Of a DNA stretch of 64,000 bases, positions 13,470 to 24,928 are shown in pieces. The notes under the pieces are model-generated. The model was not told the DNA's origin. It made no database searches and saw nothing but the letters and a program-made list of their open reading frames with translations. The stretch's first letter is position 1; each line of letters begins with the position of its first letter. This DNA is from the human T2T-CHM13v2.0 reference genome, Homo sapiens: NCBI RefSeq assembly GCF_009914755.1, contig NC_060927.1; one strand, given 5' to 3'. Position numbers and translations under genes: made by a program.

Positions 13470-13816
13470 CTGGAATACTTTATATTTTTGCCTTAGAAAC
13501 TATAAATATATATATAAAGCCTGCCTAGTCTTAAATGTCATGTTCTCACAAAGAATTTCCTTGACCACTATAATAAATTGACATAATCTTGTTACTATCT
13601 CTGCACTCTATTTCTTTTGTTTCGGTTATTGCAGTTTGCAAGTGTACTTGTTTTTATTATTTGTTTATGGTATGTTTTCCCACTAGTCTGTAAGCAACAT
13701 AAGGGCAGAGGACATGTCTATTTTATTCACCACTATTTTCCCTGAACATAGCACAGTGACTTGCATACGGCAGGCACTTAATAAAGTGTTAAATAAATGA
13801 CTGATTGAGTGAATGG
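13470..13816 (+). mobile_element. L2 3' end
   Basis: 'ctagtctgtaagc...agggcagaggacatgtct...cacagtgacttgcatacggcaggcacttaataaa...tgagtgaatg'. Confidence 0.75.
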
Positions 13817-13964
13817 CGAATGATTGCATGATCTGAAAACTAGTCATAATACAACAGATTGATAGAATATTTTTCTTGAGAGTTATTTGTATGGATGCTC
13901 TTCTTTTATTTTGCTGTCATAAAGATTAAACCGTCTTCTATTCTAATGAGGTGTAACTGTTTAG

Positions 13965-14149
13965 TCCAGTCCCCGATATTAGTTGGAGAAGGTTGGACGG
14001 GAGCCCGTTGCCAGGGAAAGTCAAGTACAGCAAATCCCAAGCTATCCTTGAAATCCCGAACTTCCAACAAGAAGATGAAGGCTTTTATGAGTGCATTGCA
14101 AGCAACCTTCGAGGAAGAAACCTTGCAAAGGGTCAACTCATTTTTTATG
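13965..14149 (+). CDS. CNTN6: CNTN6 coding exon (probably exon 8), C-terminal part of Ig3, 185 nt
   Basis: tttag| acceptor and |gtgagc donor. Translates (N)[61 protein letters not shown], with the Ig W and DxGxYxC motifs. Matches contactin-6 as I recall it. Phase 2 in, phase 1 out. Confidence 0.96.
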
Positions 14150-16634
14150 GTGAGCTAATTGGATTTCAAATATATATAAAATATTTGGTAATGCCCTTCA
14201 TAATAAATTGTGGAAGTCATTAGCATGTTGTGAAAAAGTGTCACGGGAGAAATAAGGAAGGCATATTTCCGGGTTTAGATGCTTAACACAATGATTAGCA
14301 GATGGGAATGACCACCTTTAAAATATGGTTTTAATTTTAGCATGGTCTATGAATGCTATTGTTTATTATATTTGCCTTCAAAATATCAGCAGTGTCATGT
14401 TAAAGCCATAAAAGTTTATAATAAAAGGAAGCATGAACTCCATATATTTCCCATTAAACGTTCTGCAGCAGATTATAGCAATCTTGATTCTAATTCTAAG
14501 TAGAATTAATAAATGAAAAAAATTGATAGGAAAAATATAATACTGCATGGTGGTTTATAATATTTGTTCCTAGTTTTCATATTTTGTCTACTCATAAGTA
14601 GGTAATATAAAAAGAAGGCAATTACATTATTTAAAATTATGTTTGTCTCAGTTACAAAAATCTCTCGTAAACTTAAGAGAGACGATGAATGCATATATTA
14701 TCTAAAAGCTGTCTTTGTGTCTTCTTTAATCCAGGATTGAAATTTTCTCTTACTTAACATTAAGTAAACAATACAATATATCTCAGAATTTGCAAAATGC
14801 TGTATACTATTAAAAGATCCTTAACTTCTTTGATAAACTTAATGTATCTGTATTAGATAATTTTTAAAAAGTATTGATATATGGCCAAAATACTTTCCTA
14901 TGTGACATGTTTATAATCAATGATAAAGTAATTAGAGAAAATATGTGTGTATGTGTGTGTGTATGTGTGTGTGTGTGTAATAACTAGAAAAATCCAGGAT
15001 ACTGTAATTATCCCATAGGAATGTTGATTGAGTGCCCGTGGGGAGAACATATTGTGTGTCTGTAATATTATTTTCCATTTTCTTTAGAATTTCCAACTTT
15101 AACCTGCAATGAATACTACTATTTTATATATAGAATATAATTTTCTACTCATTATTCTCCTACAGTTTTAGCAAACCTAGCCAAGAAAAACAATATTTTT
15201 TTTCAGTAGTACCTACACTTTAAAGGAAAGTCTTTGGAATTTAGTATCCTTTGTAAATAAAATAGGATACAAATGGGAGTTTTAGTAGAATGAAGATATT
15301 GAATGCTTTGGCTAGTTTTAAAGAAATATTTTCCATTTTATATATAATAGACAAAGATATAATCAAGGGATGAACCAGAACACAAAGGTATCTGTAAACT
15401 GGAAATCAATAATAAAGTACCTTTCTGTATACTGATAAAGCAAATGTTAGCTTACATAGCAATTTTACAAACATTCACTTATAGAATTCTTAATCTTAAG
15501 AAGTAGAAATCTTAAGATTAATATTAAGAGGTAGAAACAATGTTCAGTGATACTATAGGCAAAAATATCTTAAGTTAATTGTGCAGGATCTCACAGATAG
15601 TGATTGTCAGATTCAAGATCAGAACCTTGAAATGTCTTCTGAAACTGCCATAGCATTTCAACATGGTGGTCTAAGCTCATTGTACTATATCTCACCACAA
15701 CCAAATTAGCCATTTAATTAGCCTGAAATGGTCCTTGTAGGGGAATAATGGATACTTAGTCAATAACATAATCATTATGTTTCTTAGTCACATATTAATT
15801 CACTTTCTGAAGTGCTTTCAAAAGAAAAGAGGATTACTGACTCAGTTACCTCAGAGTTGAATAATAACTGAGAAATTCAAGAAAAGAATCTCTCAGTCTG
15901 TTATATTGCTGTGTTTAAGTTATAATTCAGAACCAAGTAATATTGTATATCCATCTATATCGTAATTTTATAATCTCTAAAAGAAATCTCTAAAGTATTA
16001 TTCATCATAGAAAATAGAACATGTTCAGAGGAGTTAAGTGGCTTTTCATAACCAGTCAATATGGCAGAAAAAAATCTAAAACTCAAACCTGTATGGTAGA
16101 CCCAAAATCCTAAGCCTCTTCTCCCATGAATTTCCTACCTAGTTTTAAATTTAAAACTTTGCTCTCCAGAATTTTAATCATCCAAAGAATGTTCACGTTG
16201 AATAAATAAATGTGTTCTGTAGCCGCAATTATTGCATTAAGCATAAAATCAGATATATCTGAAACCTTTGTAAGTTATGTGAAATTACATATGAGCATGC
16301 ATTTATTTTCCCAGGTCAGACATATATTAGGACAATTTCTAAACAAATACTTATGAATTATATAATTTTGTTAATAATACCCAGAAACATGATTCAATTT
16401 CACCAATAGATCTAGTTCTTCTAAGTTTTGCCTTGATTTGTCCCTCAAGGCTGCAGGAAGCACATTCTGTAACTGGAAGTTGTCCTGATTCCTGCAAGAG
16501 GTAATCCTAGGCTTAGTTCCCACCACCCAGAGACATCATGATTTCTTTTACTCGTTTGTAGTCTCATTGAAGGGTCTTCTGTCTTGGTGAAGGCAGGTTG
16601 TGCAGTAGAAAAACTCTAGAAGTCAGACAGACTT

Positions 16635-17130
16635 GCGTTTTATATTGTGCACAATTTCGAATCCTCTCGGCCCTGCTTCTTACTTCAGCCACTGCTACGG
16701 TGGCCAGTTCAGCACTGTGCGTTGTAGATGTAACCTGAAGGAGTGTTGTCTCAGGTGCAAAACTACCAAGCACATCTTGTTTTCTGTTCTGGGTTTTCTT
16801 TGGCTCCTTCGTGAGCCTACTCAGCATTTAAGCATGCCCAGTTTGGATGTGCCAGTAGTTTACACCTGCACTACCCTTAGATGACCATGGATGGGAACTA
16901 AATGATCCCCCTTCATTTCCCTGGGTAGACAGCTCTAAAGACTGCTTAGAAGTTGACATAAGATGGAGAACAATGGATCGTGTTGGTGGTCAACTCAATA
17001 ACTCAGCCTTGCATTGACTTTTTTTTCCTTCCCGGTGACTACCTTTTTTTCCTGATGCTTTTCCCTTGGGCTAACATTCTCAAATGAACATGTGGAACTC
17101 AAGCCCTTTACTTAGGTTCTGCTTTTAGGG
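16635..17130 (+). mobile_element. LTR16-like ERVL solo LTR inserted in a MIR
   Basis: Ends 'ctcaagccctt...aggttctgcttttaggg'. MIR halves ('gaagtcagacagacttg' and 'ggttcaaattttggct') flank it. Confidence 0.55.
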
Positions 17131-18129
17131 TTCAAATTTTGGCTTCCCTGTTTTCTACCATGTCATCTTGAACAGGTTACCTAACATCGCTGCGAGAATC
17201 CACTGAAAGATTGTAGAGGGAATTAAGTGCAATTACAAATATAAAGCATCTGGCTTGCCACAGCCTGAGAGTCCAAGGGAAGCGTCATATACTTCTGTAT
17301 ATCCAAGGACAGAACTAAATAAAGGAGAGGGATTAATTGGCACCTCCAGGCAGTTTCCAGTCAGTTTATGAAAGAGATATTCATGTGAAAACATTTAATT
17401 TCCAACCCGCCTGTTTCCATGAATGATGGTAAAAATAATACAATCTTACTTTCACGTCAATTATGCCAGTTTCTTGTTGTCTCACTACTATGAAGAACTT
17501 TCTCAAATTAAAGAAAATTTGGAAAACTCACACCCAGAATTAAAGTAAGATACTGAACCTGTATAAAACTCCAAATGTTCACCATTCCTTGTCAAGAATT
17601 TTATCTAGGAAAAAAGAATACTGGATTATCTTTCTACCAAAATGCCAGGAAGCTCATGTTTGATTTATGCTTCAAGGTATTGAGTTGTAATTGTGTCTGA
17701 AACAGATACAGATTTATTACTTTTAGTTTAGAGCAAATATAATCAGTGAACTTTCAGATTTATTCCACAGGTTCAGATTTGATATACATTTTCTAACTTG
17801 ACCTATGTTCTAATATTTAGCATGGATTTATTCCCTGGCCCTGTTCTACATTTTGCCCTTTTCCCACAGCTCCCAAGTTGTTATACAGGTGGAGCAAAAT
17901 GACAGATGACAAACATTTAACTTGAGCCAAATGCCCAATGATATTTGCAACAGGATTTCTGTCAACCCGCATTGAAGCTCCTGCATGTCCCCTCCCTCAA
18001 ATCGTGTGTGTGCAATCCAACTGGACCCAGTTAGCCTTGTCCTTCTGATCTCTACAGCCCTTGTAATGTAGCATAATGTCTTGGATAACTGCCTTTTACC
18101 AAACAGTGGCACTTGCCTTTTTGAAACAG

Positions 18130-18266
18130 CTCCTCCAGAATGGGAACAGAAAATCCAAAATACACACCTCTCTATCTATGACAACTTGCTCTGGGAATGT
18201 AAAGCTAGTGGAAAGCCAAACCCTTGGTATACATGGTTAAAAAATGGTGAACGACTCAACCCAGAG
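18130..18266 (+). CDS. CNTN6: CNTN6 coding exon (probably exon 9), N-terminal half of Ig4, 137 nt
   Basis: aaacag| acceptor, |gtaagc donor. Encodes (A)PPEWEQKIQNTHLSIYDNLLWECKASGKPNPWYTWLKNGERLNPE, in frame with the previous exon (G|CT=Ala). Confidence 0.96.
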
Positions 18267-18559
18267 GTAAGCAACTATGTTGATATTAAAAGTTTACCTA
18301 CTCTACTAGGTAAATTTTGTTACTAACAGTACTAGTAACTAACAGAAACAGCTAATGTTAATGGAGTCTTTGGTATGTTCCAGGAAAGGATGCATACACT
18401 GATTTATTTAATCCTTAAATAAACTTACAAAGTAACCCATCTTTCAAAAGAGAAAAATAAGTGTAGACAAGACAAATAACTTTCACAAAATCACTGTTAG
18501 CCAGTAATAGATTCACATTTAAATATCATCATCATCATCACCGTCATCATCGACACGGA

Positions 18560-18815
18560 TAACACTTACTGAACTCTCATATGAGCCAAGCCCTGTGTTA
18601 AATATTTTTCCGTGCATTATCTTATTGCACCCTCATGAAAACATTATAAGAGAGATACAAGTATTATTCCTTTATGTAAATGAAGAAAATGAGTTTCAAA
18701 GAGGTTAGGCTACTTGTTTAAGGTCACACAGCAGCTAGTAAATGTTAGAATTAGCATTTTAAACTTTTATTTTGGTCTGATATCAGGACCCAATCTCTTA
18801 GTCACTACCCAGTAT
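18560..18815 (-). mobile_element. MIR
   Basis: 'atgaagaaaatgagtttcaaagaggttaggctacttgtttaaggtcacacagc' antisense core. Confidence 0.75.
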
Positions 18816-19771
18816 TTTGCTTTTATGAACACTGACGACTGTCTTTAAACCCCTAGGAAAGTAAATAACTAAGGCAGTTATCCACATTTCTCCATTTAAA
18901 GCATACTTTCTTCTACAATACCTAGAAAATGAAAGATTTGTTTTTTACCTATTAAATTATCCAGATAATTGTGTCAATTCTCCATTTTACTTTGCACATG
19001 TAGGCATAGCCAGAGACACAAAGAACATCTGTTGTTTGGAAGCTGAATATAATGCTGTTCTTTGTTTCAGCATCAGTGAAATTTTCTTCCTGCATGCCTT
19101 TTGCATATAGCATTCTGTTTCCTCCAGCCTATTTTCCTTTTCCCTAGAGGATGGTAATACATGCCTTGAAATATTTAGTCTTAAGTTATATTTGTACTAT
19201 TAATTATGTCACTATGTGCACTCAAAATTGTATTTCTATACCCCACATGGGGTTCTGTAACAGATTTTGGCTGTTTAGGCACACTTTATAGTAGTTTGTA
19301 GAAAGGAAGGATTTAGCTACTCCAACTCAAGACTCAATTAGAAAATTATCACATCATCACATTTCAAATGTTTTTGAAACTTTTGGAAAATGGAAAGCCA
19401 AGGCAGTGTTCTAGTCATGATATACATGTCTAACATTATTGTTAACCGTGTTTTCCTGGAATAATTAGGACGGTGGAGTATTCCAAATTACTATGTATAC
19501 CAAATAACAGAAAGTTAACATACATTTTGTGCAAAGTATGTCAATTGTCAAAGAAATGAGATAACATAAAACACACTAGTAACCACTAAAATTATCCTAA
19601 ACATATTTTCGTTTTTTAAACTTAAAAATGCTGCTCAGAATCTAGTAGTGTATTAATACACCAAATTATCAGATCTCATAGATATACACAAATGTTGTTT
19701 AATAACATATCCTGGTTAAGAGAATGCTATATTAACGTACAAGCATCTTTATATGCCTTTTCCTTTATTAG

Positions 19772-19901
19772 GAGAGAATTCAAATAGAAAATGGGACACT
19801 CATCATAACGATGCTGAATGTGTCAGATTCTGGTGTGTACCAATGTGCTGCAGAAAACAAATATCAGATAATTTATGCAAATGCTGAATTGAGAGTTTTA
19901 G
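19772..19901 (+). CDS. CNTN6: CNTN6 coding exon (probably exon 10), C-terminal half of Ig4, 130 nt; absent from the ORF track
   Basis: ccttttcctttattag| acceptor, |gtaagt donor. Encodes ERIQIENGTLIITMLNVSDSGVYQCAAENKYQIIYANAELRVL. Phase 0 in, phase 1 out. Confidence 0.96.
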
Positions 19902-20239
19902 GTAAGTCGTTTATTTACAACCAACAAATTCAAAATGACGTTTTAACAAGCTATAATTATGCATAATCCCAACCCAATTTTTTTTGTAAATTAGAAATTG
20001 CTGTCCCATCAAATAATGGGAAATGTCTAAATTAACTTTTTACAAAATTCAAGGTGGTAATTATTATTCTGCTTGGGCAATGCACTGGGGCTTCAGAAAA
20101 AAACCCACCATTGGGTGCATCCAAACCGGAGGAAGCTCTTCCAAAGCTGATTCTAGCATGAATTTTTGAGTATAACTCAAAGAATATCTTTAGGAATATT
20201 TTCAGCTGCAAATTAAAAAGTAATAAAAAAATCACAATT

Positions 20240-20600
20240 CACAGTAACTAAAAGAAACAGTAATTTATTTTATCTCTTAGCAAGAGGGGCATTGGCTGCC
20301 GGGCATGGCACCTCAACTTGACAAAATCCTTTACACCTTCCCTTCAGCATCAAAGCCTCATGGTTACAAGATGGCTGCTCTAGTTATAGAAATCAAGTCT
20401 ATGCTCAAGGCAGAAGAGCGAGGTTACAGAAATAATCACATTTATCTCTTTTATTAGAAAAGCAGAATTTCCCTTAGCTTCCATAGTAAACTTTTTATGT
20501 CATTAACTAGAGTTCTGTCACATGACCATCCAGACATCAAGAGGAGGTAGAAAAATAAGTCCCTATAGTGAAAAGTGCTGAGATTAAAGCAATTTGAGAA
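20240..20600 (-). mobile_element. Old MLT1-family LTR fragment
   Basis: 'cctcatggttacaagatggctgct...ctgtcacatgacca' motifs. Confidence 0.5.
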
Positions 20601-21369
20601 TGATATTTTGGGAAGTCCAACCAGTGGTGTCTGCCACAATAAATGACGCGTTGATAGTTTTCAACCCAAGGGTTTCTTAGTGGTAGGAAGAACAGAGGAG
20701 ATAAAAGAGAGGAAGGATCAAACAACAAGACACAAAGTTTTATGAGCTTATGGGTGATGAGCACTCATTCATTTGCTCATTCTTTCTATCGCTACTGTTT
20801 GATTGAACATTTATTATGTACTGAGCTGTATCAAGATGAAGTGATCTTTATCTTCACTCAACCTATAATTTCAAGGAGAAAAAAGTGTCAGATTTAAAAT
20901 ATGGCAATTCTTATGGCTAAGAATTGAGGAGTTGCTATCGTTGCACATGACAAGTTGAACATAACCTACATTGAGGACATTCCCTTTAATCTAAGATCAG
21001 AAGTAAAAACATGCATCAGTAAGGTGAAGGGTAGAGAAGCAACATCTGAAAAGCCCAGAAGCAAGAGAGCATGGCATACCCGAAAGAACTTCAGTTCACT
21101 TGAGCTTTAGATTAGAAATGGAGACTGGACACATGGATTCCAACATTCATGAAGTTGGAAAGATTCAGAGGCACCCTGATAGCCTAATAATTTCTTGTCC
21201 TTCTGAACTGGCATTTGTTCAACATATATTTAGTGGGGAAAAAACCGACATAGTGATACAGCATTTCTGATTTATTTCAATAGTATTTTATTGCTAATAG
21301 CAATAAAATATTTCTGATTTATTTCAGTTGCTAACCACAATACAATACCACTGAAATAAATCAGATTGG

Positions 21370-21615
21370 TATATATACATATGTAAATCACATATATATG
21401 TATATATGTGTATATACGTATATATGTATATGTGTGTGTGTTTCTTCAACATCATATGTTCCATTGCTTATATACATATATAATAAATCAGAAACACACA
21501 TACATATATACATGTATGCATATACATGTATATATATGGATACACATGTATGTGCATACATGTATATGTGTGTGTGTGTTTCTGATTTATCATATGTATG
21601 TATATGACATGTATG
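21370..21615. repeat. Compound (TA/TG/CA) low-complexity tract with embedded inverted repeats
   Basis: Direct reading; details in findings. Confidence 0.9.
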
Positions 21616-22099
21616 ATCATTGTTTTGGCTGGAATAGACTTTCCTGGTCAGAATTAAAATTCCTTCTTCGGCCTCTTTTGAAACCATCTTCATCCTCTTT
21701 GTTGTAAATGCTATTAGAAAAGTGACTTTGTCTAACTTGCCTCCTCTCTACCACTTGCTTTTATTATTGCAATGACCACCAACAAAACAAAAATAAGTTG
21801 CATTTATTGAGCCTATACTTTGCGCCAGGCACTATACTATAATTCCCTGCAACTGTTACATCATTTAATCTCCACACTAACTCTCTAAGGTAATATCTTT
21901 TGTCATCTTCATTTTACAAACAAAACATAAACTCTAAAATGTTAAGTCAGTATTTGGTCCAAGAACACCTTGAGCAAAGTAACCTGAAAAGAGGATACAG
22001 CTATAAATATTAGATTCTGTCTAGCATAGCAAGTCACCCCTGGAGTCACTACATGTTAACTGAGTAATTAAACAATTTTGTCTTTGATTTTGTTTTTAG

Positions 22100-22250
22100 C
22101 CTCAGCTCCAGATTTCTCCAAAAGTCCAGTTAAAAAAAAGTCTTTTGTTCAAGTTGGTGGGGATATTGTTATCGGATGCAAACCAAATGCTTTTCCCAGG
22201 GCAGCTATCTCTTGGAAAAGAGGAACGGAGACCCTTAGACAAAGCAAAAG
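22100..22250 (+). CDS. CNTN6: CNTN6 coding exon (probably exon 11), N-terminal half of Ig5, 151 nt
   Basis: ttttgtttttag| acceptor, |gtaaac donor. Encodes (A)SAPDFSKSPVKKKSFVQVGGDIVIGCKPNAFPRAAISWKRGTETLRQSK(R). Phase 1 in, phase 2 out. Confidence 0.96.
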
Positions 22251-24782
22251 GTAAACAAATCTTTATTTTTAAAAATATTTTTGTTTGTAATATAACATCT
22301 TCCAAATTTTTAGGTTTTAGTAGGCCTTTCAAAATTTCCTCTTTTATGATAAAGTCTCATTGGCATACCTAGAGACGCCAGCATTCTTCTCATCATAGTA
22401 AAATTGTAAAAAACAAAAGGATCTTATAAAATAAAGACCTGTTTGTATAAGTTAGCTGCAATATTTTCAGTGCATGCACTTGTAATAGATTTTTAAAAAT
22501 CTTTTAAGACCTTTTTCTACATTCAGTTTGAAGGCTTCCTCCTGAACCAGCCTGCTGAGAAATCAGTGCGAATAACATTTCACAAAGGAGAGAGACACTC
22601 ATTGGCACACACCTGGTGTTGTGGTTTTTAAATAGTCACACAGGTGTTCACCCCATGACAAAATGAATTCACCACATGAAGAAATGTAGAGAGGTTCCTG
22701 TAGAGAAAGAAGAGAGGTTTCCTACCATAATGGATACAGTTGAGAAACCCTAGGTCAGCACTGGCATGTTTTCTAGGAGACTTTGACAAAAGAAAACAAA
22801 CAAACAAAAAAAAAGACGGGTGTTTTTCTCTACTTGTAATATCTTTTATTCTATTGTACCGTAGAGCCTTGTATACATGAGGTGACTAGACCACAGATGC
22901 TGCTCTCTTTTAATGACTCACATGTGTTACTCTATAATCAGATATGCAATTAAATCCTAATGTGAACGAGCCATTGTGCTGAAGATATGAAAATAGTCCC
23001 TTTCGTTCAATGAGCTCTTCTTCAGCATCATATGTTCCATGACTTATATGCATACCAGGATGGGCAGGTAAAAGGCCAGGTGAAAGAAAGGACAACTAAA
23101 GTGTGTTAAAAAATGACAGTTGTTACTCTTGGAAGAAATGACTGTGACGGACTAGAAAGTGAGTTCCCTACCTAAAAAGGATAGTCACAACTCCAAATTC
23201 TGTCAACTGGTTGCCTTGCGGGAAATGAGAACTAGGTTTGTAGAACTTCCAATGTTTCAGAGAAAGCTAGAAGTCTGCATTCTGGTATTGAATCTCCCAT
23301 GCCAGAAAAAAGTAGCCATAGGATGAATGAAGGGACATCATTTTATCACTTCTAATCCCAAGATTTCATTTGTGGCCGAGGAAAAAAGAGGTGAAAACAA
23401 ACAAAAGCAGGGGTCTCTGTGGTTTGTGTAGAGTCCCTTTGTGGTTATAACTGCTGCCTTGAAGATCCATTCCATTTACACAATGAAGTGTACATCAGAG
23501 AGCCCCTTTCTAGGGCATTCTTTCTTTCCTTATTCTCTGCATTTCTTTACATCCCTGGACTAAAGCTTTTCCCAGGACAGGAATTATGTCACATTTATCT
23601 TTGTATGTCCTGTGCCTTGGCACAGAACCAAAACTTAATAAATATCTGTGGAATAAATGAATGAATCAAAAAGGGTGAACACGTAAAGCATTACCAGCTT
23701 TACAGAAAGGCTGTTCTTGGGGAAATCCCTCAAGACATAGGAACAGGTGCTTCAGAACTAAGGTGAAAGAAAAGGTGAAAGGAAACCTGTTGTCCTGACT
23801 CAGGTTGGGTCTCTTCTTCTGTGTGCATTGCCTAGGAGATTTGCTCCCAACAGATTTAGATGTGAATTCTTTTTAAATGTTTCCTCATGCATTCCTAAAA
23901 TCTAATCAAGGTTTGAATACACTGCTGTGGAACAGAAAAACATAAGAGATCCTGCAGTATCAAACACAGCACCTTGTACTGAGGGTCTGGACAAATTGAT
24001 TAACTGTGCCTCATTTAATAAAGTAACTCACCCAAGGAGCAGAATGATGGCATTTACCTTCCACAAGCTTTAAAGGTCCAAACACGAAGTATGTGGGAAC
24101 AAGAAAGAAAATTAGGAGGAGAATTTGAGTAAAGCTAAGATAATGAGAGAGAGAAAAAAAAAAGCTAAGATAATAAGAAAAAAAAGCAGGAGGGAAACTG
24201 CTTTTTAAAACAGCTCTTCAGGTTTTTGTTTTATTTTGTTTTGTCCCATACAGAATAAATTTGGGGTCATTTTCACCTCACCACAGTTACTAATAATCAT
24301 ATCAGCTCAGCATTGTCTCTCTGTGATTAAGGGAATGAACCCTGTGAGTTCTATTTATACATTATTCTTTCATTCTATCTTTTCATTGCTTCAGGGTTTC
24401 ACTGCAGGTCTTAACAAAAGAAAACATACATACAAACAAGCAAATTATCTCCTTACTGTGCATTCTTAAAAGTTGAAAATAATTGAGCTCTAGCAGAATG
24501 TAGTAATTACAGTCACTACATCTCCACCCGGTAGAGATTACACTGAGCAGTAATTTTCAAAAGGTCACACAGTTAACTCCATGAGTCTATGTCCCTGCAC
24601 ACTTTCTAGCTTGTCCTTTCTTCTGTTGCCATCTGATCGACTGGCTTTATTAAGTGCATGGCTTCAAGCTGTTTGTTGAGAAATACAGCATCTATGCTTC
24701 TGTTTGTGTCAGACTGTTGCCTTTTTTATAGTCTTATCGTGGGACTTCCAAACAGATTGAGGTAAAAAATTAGAGTAGTGAT

Positions 24783-24928
24783 AAGAAAGAGAGAAAGAAA
24801 GGAAGGAAAAAAGGAAGGAAGGAAGGAAGGAAGGAAGGGGCGAGCAAGGAATGAAGGAGGGAGGGAAGGAAGGAAGAGAAAGAGGGGGAAAGAAAGAAAG
24901 AGAGAGAGGAAGCAGGAAGGGCAAGAAG
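24783..24928. repeat. (GGAA)n-rich polypurine tract
   Basis: About 145-nt almost purine-only run. Confidence 0.92.
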
